Assembly: GCF_009831105.1 (NCBI RefSeq) | Contig: NZ_WUUQ01000002.1 | Coordinates: 390,001-422,000 of the forward strand | Direction of reading: 5' to 3' | From: Copranaerobaculum intestinale | GTDB taxonomy: Bacteria; Bacillota_I; Bacilli_A; Erysipelotrichales; Erysipelotrichaceae | DNA: 32,000 nucleotides | Shown: positions 24,500 to 32,000 of the stretch, piece after piece | Numbering within the stretch: the stretch's first letter is position 1 | Layout: every line of letters begins with the position of its first letter | Notes under the pieces: model-generated | Database searches by the model: none | What the model saw: only the letters and a program-made list of their open reading frames with translations | Told to the model about the DNA's origin: nothing | Position numbers and translations under genes: made by a program

Positions 24500-25885
24500 A
24501 TGTATGTAATAAAGAACGCTATAAAAAATATTGGCAGAAATAAAGGAAGAAATCTCATCATGGGAATGATACTCCTCGTTATGATTTTTACGATCGCCAT
24601 ATCTGTCATCATCAACACATCGGCAAATGCGACCGTTGCCTACTATAAAAAACAATTCGGTGCGGAAGTGATTATGGCTCGAAACAATGAAAAAATGCCC
24701 AAGGATTTGAATGATTATAGGGTTCCTTCCTTCAAAGAAATCGGTAAGTATGCTGACTCCAGTTTATTGAAAAGTTCAAAAATTTCTGGTAAGATCGCTG
24801 CTTATTTAGTAGGAGTCAACACCTTGGACAGCGATGCAGCCGGTTCAGGAAAAAGCGCGCAATCTGACGGCATGGGCGGAGCTTCAAGCAGTAGTGATAG
24901 AGTAAATAGCTTTATTGTCGCAAGCAACCAGCCTGAAATCAATGAAGAATTTTCTAAAGGATTGCGTAGCATAACGGAAGGAAGAATGTTCAAGGAGAAA
25001 AATGAGATCATCATATCACAAAAGCTTTCAAAATTTGCGGAATTAAGTATTGGTGATACCATTACAATTCGTGTAACATCTCCTTATAATGCTTCGGACT
25101 CAAAAGAAATAACGGCAAAGATCAGTGGAATCTATGCAGATCATGCACCAGAAGATGAAACAGTTGAATTTCAATCAGCGCTCACAAATCGTGGGAATGA
25201 AGTCTTTATGAGCATGGAAACTGCCATAGAAAGTGAACTTTTTGATTCTGACATGGCAGTCATTTCCGCTTCTTTTAAATTGAAAGATCCAAATGATCTA
25301 GCGAAACTGCAAACAGAATTTCATAAGAAAGGATTGCCTGAATACTTTGAATTGATTGCCGACACTACTACGTATCAAAAAATGGTAGGGCCTTTAGAAG
25401 GATTGAGCAGCATTACCCAAACCTTTACAGCTGCGCTGCTTGTTTTTGGTTCTATCGTCCTGATCATTCTTTCTAATATAGCAATCCGTGAAAGAAAGTA
25501 TGAAATTGGTGTATTGCGGGCGATCGGAATGAAAAAAAGCAGAGTATCCTACGGATTGCTGAGTGAGATGCTTGTCATTACTGCAATCGCTTTGGGAATT
25601 GGATTATGCGGGGCAAGTTTAAGCAGTAGGCCAATTGCCAATGCAGTGCTTTCCTCACAGGTAGAAGAGGCAAAGGGTAATGGCAATCAAGCAATCGGTT
25701 CCCAATATGTATCGGGCACAACTACGGTCACCGTTCCTATCGATGAAATCAACACCGATCTGAGCAGTGAAGCGGTTATACAAATTGTTTTGTTCTCTGG
25801 CATTTTGGCATTCGTGTCCAGTGCGGCAGGTGTCCTGTATATTACAAGATTTGAACCAATGAAAATATTATCAGAAAGGAACTAA
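24500..25885 (+). CDS. FtsX/MacB-type ABC permease (4 TM, large extracytoplasmic domain), Vex1-like
   Basis: 461 aa. N-terminal MYVIKNAIKNIGRNKGRN followed by TM1, an extracytoplasmic domain of about 270 aa, then the C-terminal FtsX 3-TM bundle. AAAGGAG SD upstream. Confidence 0.85.
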   Translation: MYVIKNAIKNIGRNKGRNLIMGMILLVMIFTIAISVIINTSANATVAYYKKQFGAEVIMARNNEKMPKDLNDYRVPSFKEIGKYADSSLLKSSKISGKIAAYLVGVNTLDSDAAGSGKSAQSDGMGGASSSSDRVNSFIVASNQPEINEEFSKGLRSITEGRMFKEKNEIIISQKLSKFAELSIGDTITIRVTSPYNASDSKEITAKISGIYADHAPEDETVEFQSALTNRGNEVFMSMETAIESELFDSDMAVISASFKLKDPNDLAKLQTEFHKKGLPEYFELIADTTTYQKMVGPLEGLSSITQTFTAALLVFGSIVLIILSNIAIRERKYEIGVLRAIGMKKSRVSYGLLSEMLVITAIALGIGLCGASLSSRPIANAVLSSQVEEAKGNGNQAIGSQYVSGTTTVTVPIDEINTDLSSEAVIQIVLFSGILAFVSSAAGVLYITRFEPMKILSERN

Positions 25886-25888
25886 ATT

Positions 25889-26554
25889 ATGAGCATCTTA
25901 AGATTGGCAAATGTAAGCTATATTTATGACGGCAGTAAAAAAAGAGTATTAAAGGATATCAACGTAGAGTTTGAATGCGGTATCTTATATGGCATCATCG
26001 GAAAATCCGGTGCGGGAAAGAGTACGTTATTATCGCTGCTATCCGGACTGGATAAATGCAAGGAAGGAGCAATCATCTATAACGAAAAAAATATGAATGA
26101 GATTGATCGTGACGAATATCGCGCAAAAGGAATCGGTGTTATATTTCAGGGATATAACTTATTGACCAATGCAACCGTTTTAGATAACATCCTTTTATCG
26201 ATTGATATCAGCGGAAAGAAAATCCCCAATAAGAAAGAATATGCACTGGAATTACTCGAAAAGGTCGGTATTGATAAAGAAAAGGCAATGCGCAAGGTTT
26301 TAAAATTGTCGGGTGGAGAACAACAGCGGGTAGGAATTGCCAGAGCATTATCGCATGATCCCAAAGTGATTATTGCAGATGAGCCCACAGGAAATTTGGA
26401 TTCTGATACCGAAGCAAATATTATGGGAATATTAGAAAGGCTAGCACATGAAGAGGATAAGTGTGTCATTATCGTTACTCATTCAAAAGGAGCCGCAAGC
26501 TATGTTGATGAGCTATATGCATTAACTGCGGGAACATTAACCTTTGTAAGATAA
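25889..26554 (+). CDS. MacB/LolD-type ABC ATP-binding protein, Vex2-like
   Basis: 221 aa with Walker [10 protein letters not shown], signature LSGGEQQR, Walker [13 protein letters not shown] and switch VTHS. Confidence 0.92.
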   Translation: MSILRLANVSYIYDGSKKRVLKDINVEFECGILYGIIGKSGAGKSTLLSLLSGLDKCKEGAIIYNEKNMNEIDRDEYRAKGIGVIFQGYNLLTNATVLDNILLSIDISGKKIPNKKEYALELLEKVGIDKEKAMRKVLKLSGGEQQRVGIARALSHDPKVIIADEPTGNLDSDTEANIMGILERLAHEEDKCVIIVTHSKGAASYVDELYALTAGTLTFVR

Positions 26555-26570
26555 AAAGAAAGGAGCAGCT

Positions 26571-27836
26571 ATGTACGTCATTAAGAATGCGTTCAAAAAT
26601 CTAATTAGAAATAAAAATAGAAATATGCTTCTTGGGATCATTATCCTTTCTATTATCTTTACAATCGCAGCTTCAATGATCATCAATAAAACTTCCGAGC
26701 AGGCCATACGCTATTATAAAGCAAAGTTTGGTGCAGAAGTGACCATGACAAATGTGTCGGGTAATAAAGAAAATCAAGTACCCTTGAGTGCAGAAAAGCT
26801 GTTATCCTTTTCTGATTCCAAGTATATTCAATCAAAGATTTATACGGCGCAGATCGCTGTGATTCCTAAAGACTTGAAAGTATTAAGCGATTCTGGTCAT
26901 CAAGCAGAAGGAAGTATGGCTGCGAAGGCTTATGTCAAAGGCAGCAACGATCCGTCAGTTAATGACGCTTTTGCAAAAGGATTGAAAAAAATCACAGCGG
27001 GAGCAATGTATCAAAATAAGAATGAATGTATCATCAGTAATGAATTCGCCATGCTAAATGGGTTAAAGCCGCGGGATACGATCACCGTCATCAGCAGCAT
27101 CAAGGATCAGCCAATGCCGATCACACTTAGGATCACAGGTATCTATGAAGATAAATCAATCAATCAGGAAAACGAGGTTTCCAGTTCTCTATTTCAGCCA
27201 TTGAATGATATTTATACCGGTTTCAATACCGTGGCCGATTCTGAGATCTTTCAGACATACGGCACTTTGGATGTCAAAATGGCATTGAAGGATCCGAATC
27301 TGCTCGAAAAGTTTAAAGCAGAGCTGCGAACAAAGGGATTGCCTGAATATTACAGTGTCTCAGTAGATGAAGATACATATCAGAACATGGCAGCACCGAT
27401 TGAGAAAATTGCCGGCATCTCCAATAAGGTTATGCTTGGTGTCTTCGGATGCGGCGGCTTGATTTTATTGCTGTTATCGCTCATGACAGTTCGAGAACGT
27501 AAATATGAAATCGGTGTATTGCGTGCCATGGGAATGAAAAAAAGCAAGGCTGCACTCGGATTATTGACGGAAAGCATTGCCATTGTAGGACTTTGTCTGG
27601 TCATGGGGCTCGGGATCGCAAAAACAGCACAGACACAGCTTTCCAAAGCTGTTATCTCCGCGCATATAACAGAGAAAACAGCGCAGAAACAAATCATCAG
27701 GGAAGTACAGCTTGGATTCAATGATTTCACGATGATAACACTGGCATCGCTGGGGCTTGTCCTGCTTTCGAGTATCAGCGGGGTTTTATTTGTAACTCGA
27801 TATGAGCCGTCTAAGATTTTATCAGAACGTAACTAA
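26571..27836 (+). CDS. FtsX/MacB-type ABC permease paralogue, Vex3-like
   Basis: 421 aa with the same architecture as the 24500 gene. Its termini are near-identical (MYVIKNAFKNLIRNKNRN ... TRYEPSKILSERN). AAAGGAG SD upstream. Confidence 0.85.
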   Translation: MYVIKNAFKNLIRNKNRNMLLGIIILSIIFTIAASMIINKTSEQAIRYYKAKFGAEVTMTNVSGNKENQVPLSAEKLLSFSDSKYIQSKIYTAQIAVIPKDLKVLSDSGHQAEGSMAAKAYVKGSNDPSVNDAFAKGLKKITAGAMYQNKNECIISNEFAMLNGLKPRDTITVISSIKDQPMPITLRITGIYEDKSINQENEVSSSLFQPLNDIYTGFNTVADSEIFQTYGTLDVKMALKDPNLLEKFKAELRTKGLPEYYSVSVDEDTYQNMAAPIEKIAGISNKVMLGVFGCGGLILLLLSLMTVRERKYEIGVLRAMGMKKSKAALGLLTESIAIVGLCLVMGLGIAKTAQTQLSKAVISAHITEKTAQKQIIREVQLGFNDFTMITLASLGLVLLSSISGVLFVTRYEPSKILSERN

Positions 27837-27930
27837 AATTTATAAAATTGAATAAATTATGTTAATCTATAGTGGCAAAGACAGCTTGAGAGTGCTGTTT
27901 TCTGTAAGGAAGATAATGAGGTGATACATC

Positions 27931-28608
27931 ATGAAGGTTCTATTGATTGAAGACAACGAAGACCTGGCAGCATCTTTGAAAAGGGGATTGGAGGAACGAG
28001 GCTATCAGATAGATGTGACATATGATGGTAATGACGGGGAGGAAAAAGCGTTTATAAGCGCTTACGATTGTATCCTGCTGGACTTGAATCTGCCGGGAAA
28101 GGATGGTTTGGATATCTTATCCTTCCTTAGAAACAATGAGATAGATACTCCGATCTTGATTATCAGTGCGAGAGATCAGGTAGAAGATAAAGTAGCAGGA
28201 CTCAGTATTGGTGCCGATGATTATTTGGCAAAGCCCTTTCAAATGAGTGAATTGCACGCGAGGATACAAACCTTGATCCGTCGGTTTCACGGGCGAAGCC
28301 AACCGGTTATTCAAATCGGTGATTTGATTATTGATCCTATGAATCGATCGGTCAGCATGGATGATAAGATTGTTAATTTATCTGTAAAAGAATTCGATAT
28401 TCTGGAGTATGTCGCTCAAAAATACCCAAGAACTGTCAGCACAGAAGAAATCGTAGAACATGTATATGATGAATTAGATCCACAATCATCGGTTTTGCGA
28501 GTCCATATGATCAAGCTAAGAAAGAAATTAAAGGAAGCTACGGAGCGTGATGTTTTAAAGACAAGAAGAGGAATCGGTTACTATATTTCATGCGGCAAAA
28601 ACGTATAA
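27931..28608 (+). CDS. OmpR/PhoB-family response regulator
   Basis: 225 aa. The receiver domain has the phospho-acceptor Asp in ILLDLNLPG. The C-terminal winged helix has RRGIGYYI. GAGGTG SD upstream. Confidence 0.93.
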   Translation: MKVLLIEDNEDLAASLKRGLEERGYQIDVTYDGNDGEEKAFISAYDCILLDLNLPGKDGLDILSFLRNNEIDTPILIISARDQVEDKVAGLSIGADDYLAKPFQMSELHARIQTLIRRFHGRSQPVIQIGDLIIDPMNRSVSMDDKIVNLSVKEFDILEYVAQKYPRTVSTEEIVEHVYDELDPQSSVLRVHMIKLRKKLKEATERDVLKTRRGIGYYISCGKNV

Positions 28609-29684
28609 AACAAACCGCAGCGATCATCCTATACGCGGCTTCCTTATTTATCCTTTTTATGATAGGAAATATTCATTATCAGAATCAATCCATGCAGATT
28701 ATGAGGAATCAGTTTGATTTACAGGAAACAGCTAAGGATACAATTCTTAACTGGACAGCAAAAGACAAAACGACAGAAATACAGTTTGATCATGTCTATC
28801 AGGGTTATCAGTCAAATTTCTCTTACTTTCAAACATCCTTTTATGCAATGCTTTTGCTTCAGGGCTTGATCGCTACTTTTATTCTTTGGTTTTATTTACA
28901 CGCATTACATAAAAAAGCGATGAAAGAAATTATCATGGATCTGAATTCCCTTGATGATCTGCTGACGATACCGGATAGTGATCTGAAAAAGGTCTATCAA
29001 AGACTGCAAGAGCGATTTGAAAATCATATAAATGATTATAAGCGATTGAATGCTTATTTATCACATGAGCAAAAAAATGCAATAGCAACCTTGCGTACAC
29101 GCTTGGAGGTTGATCATCAAACACAATATCTGGCGTCATTAGATCATGTAACCGACTGCATCAATGATGTTTTAACTTTGGGTGAACATTATGATGAAGA
29201 AACAAATGTTATCGATGCCGCATTGATTTGTGCGGAAGCCTTTGATTATTATAAGGCAAACTATGCGCAACTGTCTTTTAAGTTGGCCGAGGACGATCCA
29301 ACCGAGATTTTAGGAAAGAAACGATGGATTCAAAGAGCAATCCACAATTTAATTGATAATGCGATCAAATATGGTGAAGGAAAACCGATCGAAGTAAGTG
29401 TTAAGAATGAAAGAGATAGTGTTATCATCATGGTAGAGGATCACGGCATAGGAATACCGGATTCAAAGAAGGAGCAAATTTTTGATCTGAATTATCGGAT
29501 CAGAGAACTGAAGTCAGACGGATATGGCATCGGGTTGAGCTTAGTAAACCATGTTTGTGATCTATGTCATGGTTATGCATATGTAGAAAGCGAGGCTGGT
29601 AAAGGAACGAGGTTTTATTTAAGCTTCCCTGCGTATAAACGTGATAGCTTGGTTTCAAATCATGAAGCATGCGGTAGATTCTAA
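28590..29684 (+). CDS. Sensor histidine kinase (two TM helices, extracytoplasmic loop of about 55 aa, no recognisable HAMP)
   Basis: 364 aa, overlapping the RR gene by 19 nt. H-box LSHEQKNAIATLR, N-box HNLIDNAIKYG, G1 EDHGIGI and G2 GYGIGLSLV. Confidence 0.9.
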   Translation: MRQKRIKQTAAIILYAASLFILFMIGNIHYQNQSMQIMRNQFDLQETAKDTILNWTAKDKTTEIQFDHVYQGYQSNFSYFQTSFYAMLLLQGLIATFILWFYLHALHKKAMKEIIMDLNSLDDLLTIPDSDLKKVYQRLQERFENHINDYKRLNAYLSHEQKNAIATLRTRLEVDHQTQYLASLDHVTDCINDVLTLGEHYDEETNVIDAALICAEAFDYYKANYAQLSFKLAEDDPTEILGKKRWIQRAIHNLIDNAIKYGEGKPIEVSVKNERDSVIIMVEDHGIGIPDSKKEQIFDLNYRIRELKSDGYGIGLSLVNHVCDLCHGYAYVESEAGKGTRFYLSFPAYKRDSLVSNHEACGRF

Positions 29685-29728
29685 TGTACTTATATTTCTA
29701 AAATATATGGGTGAATGATACAGTACTT

Positions 29729-29766
29729 GAAAATGAGTGATGCCTCTTTGTTCACTCATTTTTTAT
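29729..29766 (+). terminator. Rho-independent terminator after the histidine kinase gene
   Basis: Stem AAAATGAGTGA / TCACTCATTTT with an 11-nt loop and a trailing T-run. Confidence 0.8.
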
Positions 29767-30020
29767 AACATTCGTAATATTCATTCTCATCGTGTTTGCC
29801 GCAGCGAAAGCTTTTTTGATCGGCTGGTATGATGTGAATCGGGTTTGATGAATCGTAATATAAAGTGCATTATGGAACGGACAGTGAAGAATTTATTCTT
29901 ATGAATTAAAGGAAGAATGGAGAAAATAGTTGTCGATTAATAAGAACAATTCAGTATAATAAAAGCAGTATTGATTAAAAAGGCTAAACAAGGCGATTAT
30001 ATAATCCGGAGGATAACAAA

Positions 30021-30674
30021 ATGAAACAGACTGATCAAATAACGTATCAAGAGTTAGAAAGCGCATTTCAGCGTCCGGAATTTTCGGTGAATACTTTTAT
30101 CCCACTGGTAATTGCATCGAACGAGGTTCGAAATAAGCTGATCCAAAACCTCATCCAGGAAACACATATCAATGTATATTATCGCAGCTATTATTTGATT
30201 GATGCAGTAAGCAGAATCGATCCGCAGCTGTTTTATGAATATTGGGATCAGCTTATTAAACTGAGTACACATAAAAATTCTTATCATCGAAGTATCTATC
30301 ACTGGATTTTAGCCAATCTGATATCAGTGGATCATGAGCGAAAATTTGATGCGGTCAAGGATATGTACTTTGCCCAGATTCGCGACCAAAAAATGCTGAC
30401 TGGGTTGGAAGCGGTGAAGGATATCATAAGGATCAGTGCGTATCGTCCAGACTTAGAGGAAGAAATCATCCAGCTGTTTCTCAATGAAGCAATGCTTCAG
30501 GTGTATACCGATAAACAGATTGACCGTTTTCATTATTTTTTTCTAACCTATTTCGATACTATATTGGATAAGTATAGAGATGAAAGATTATTGGATTTTG
30601 TAAGAAACTGCTGTTTTGCTAAAAACGCAAATACTGCCAAGAAGGCAAAACAGATCATGAAAAAACAAATATAA
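30021..30674 (+). CDS. Hypothetical protein, predicted all-alpha (HEAT/ARM-like repeat?), Lys-rich C-terminus
   Basis: 217-aa ORF with GGAGGA 7 nt upstream. The sequence is non-repetitive and looks coding. No family was confidently recognised. Confidence 0.6.
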   Translation: MKQTDQITYQELESAFQRPEFSVNTFIPLVIASNEVRNKLIQNLIQETHINVYYRSYYLIDAVSRIDPQLFYEYWDQLIKLSTHKNSYHRSIYHWILANLISVDHERKFDAVKDMYFAQIRDQKMLTGLEAVKDIIRISAYRPDLEEEIIQLFLNEAMLQVYTDKQIDRFHYFFLTYFDTILDKYRDERLLDFVRNCCFAKNANTAKKAKQIMKKQI

Positions 30675-30735
30675 AAAAATAAAATAAATAGATATATGTC
30701 GTGGAACATACCAAAAGAAGGAAAGAAGGTGTACC

Positions 30736-31104
30736 ATGGAGAATAATATTAAAAAAGAGCAGATGACAGCATGTGCGTATATTGAGGCAATCATTGAAAG
30801 CTGTCAACGTATGCAGGATAAATTTCAACCTGGAACATCACAGCATACACTGTTGGTGAATCGTATCCGGGCATTATCGTTGGCTGAGAAGCTAATGAGG
30901 ACGGAGTCCATAGCATGTACGCAGGAAGCGCTGATTCAGGCCCTTGTTCCAATCCGTTCCATTATTCATAAAAGTGAAAAAGCATTAATGCATGGAAAAG
31001 CGGGCAGTGCCTCGGCACAACGACTGCATCGGATCGTCCATACAATGCAATTATCAGAAATGCTGATTAAAAAGAAGCTTCGGGAATTTGATCCAGCCAT
31101 GTAA
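30736..31104 (+). CDS. Hypothetical small helical protein
   Basis: 122-aa ORF with a GAAGG-type SD upstream. Contains the motif KFQPGTSQHTLLVNRIRAL, which looks family-like, but I cannot name the family. Confidence 0.55.
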   Translation: MENNIKKEQMTACAYIEAIIESCQRMQDKFQPGTSQHTLLVNRIRALSLAEKLMRTESIACTQEALIQALVPIRSIIHKSEKALMHGKAGSASAQRLHRIVHTMQLSEMLIKKKLREFDPAM

Positions 31105-31322
31105 TAAAATATGTCGGCAACAGCTGGATCGCACGAGCCTTGATACATATAACATCAATAAAGTATTTTTTTCAATGACGAGATAATTCTATCGCTTTAT
31201 CATAATAATCGTTTTATTTAAGGGGAAGCTATTCATTCATATGAATTCTGTGCTATGATAATAAAAAGATATATCATTATTATAATTTTCAGCACCAACG
31301 GGCTGGCTGGAGGAGCAATCAT

Positions 31323-32000
31323 ATGGACAGCGTAAAAGATCGTTTTAAGAATATCAATGAAGGAATTTATGTAGTCGATAAAAATTTTGAAATGGTATAT
31401 ATGGATGAGAACTTAGCATCAGTTTATCAAGATGCTGATCCGAGTCCGTTTTGCTATAAGGTTTTAAGAAATCGCAGCACCCCTTGTCCGAATTGTCCGC
31501 TGGGGCGTTTTAAGCAAAAGAAGAGTACGGTATTGAATGAGATCATATATAATGATTTGCTGGATTGCTGGATGTATTGTACGATGATGCGTATGAATTG
31601 GCCGGCTAAGGGAGAATGTACTGTTGTCACGACGGAGCGAATCATAGACGGTGATCATAATTTATTCATGAATTTTAATCATACGATCAAGTATGAGGAA
31701 TTGATTGAAATAAATCTCAGCGATCATACATATAAACTGCTTTTTGATCAGACAAAGCATTTTCCAGCTAAGCAATGCGGTGATTTTCATGAGCTTTTAA
31801 CTGAAACCAGCTTGCGTTTTTTGCATTATGAAGACCGGAAGAATTTCCACGAATTTTTTGACCCGCTGACATTACGGCAACGAGTTGAAAAGCTTGGTCA
31901 TATCGTTGATGATTTTCGTATCCTGCAGGATGGAGAATATCATTGGATCTCTTTTTATGTGAATTCGGTAAAGAAGGGGCGCAAGGATGAATGCTATTTG
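31323..32000 (+). CDS. Signalling protein, N-terminal part (Cys-rich PAS-like domain followed by a second PAS-like domain); partial, runs off window end
   Basis: GGAGGAG lies 7 nt upstream of ATG 31323. The frame stays open for 226 codons to the window edge and is not in the ORF track because there is no stop. Motifs: INEGIYVVDKNFEMVYMDENL, FCYKVLRNRSTPCPNCP, LHYEDRKNFHEFF...ILQDGEYHWISFYV. Confidence 0.7.
   Translation, partial: MDSVKDRFKNINEGIYVVDKNFEMVYMDENLASVYQDADPSPFCYKVLRNRSTPCPNCPLGRFKQKKSTVLNEIIYNDLLDCWMYCTMMRMNWPAKGECTVVTTERIIDGDHNLFMNFNHTIKYEELIEINLSDHTYKLLFDQTKHFPAKQCGDFHELLTETSLRFLHYEDRKNFHEFFDPLTLRQRVEKLGHIVDDFRILQDGEYHWISFYVNSVKKGRKDECYL

Noticed and set aside
29700-30020. Several mini-ORFs (7-17 codons) between the kinase gene and the 217-aa gene
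   Set aside because: Each one either overlaps the terminator hairpin, lacks an SD, or is trivially short. There is nothing to distinguish them from chance.

Overview
This looks like a chromosomal segment from a low-GC Gram-positive bacterium (Bacillota). The gene content and a SpoVID-like gene suggest a spore-forming Clostridia or Erysipelotrichia-type organism, but the taxon cannot be proven from the sequence alone. I found no rRNA, tRNA, CRISPR array or intact mobile element.

Gene order:
- A partial CDS at the window start.
- tig, lon, engB and a short SpoVID-like LysM protein.
- An AT-rich block carrying a large LRR cell-surface protein and a decayed transposase-HTH relic.
- A YczE-like membrane protein.
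- A Val T-box leader followed by valS.
- degV and corA on the minus strand.
- A MarR-family gene plus a heterodimeric ABC exporter with one degenerate ATP site.
- An ABC-2 ATPase/permease pair.
- ppdK.
- A six-gene block: a tiny lipoprotein, FtsX permease, ATPase, FtsX permease, an OmpR-type response regulator and a histidine kinase.
- Two uncharacterised small genes.
- The 5' part of a Cys-rich PAS-like sensor gene that runs off the window end.

Most of the window is ordinary housekeeping. I see no clear novel multi-gene system such as a defence island.

The most interesting candidates:
1. The Vex123/VncRS-like transporter and two-component block (24.2-29.7 kb), which has an extra mini-lipoprotein and a 21-codon ORF where pep27 sits in the pneumococcal locus.
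2. The low-GC LRR adhesin insertion, which interrupts the conserved spoVID-valS backbone.
3. An alternative-pairing anti-SD hairpin in the corA leader.
4. The uncharacterised gene pair plus the Cys-rich sensor at the 3' end.

All family assignments come from motif recognition by eye. No database search was run.
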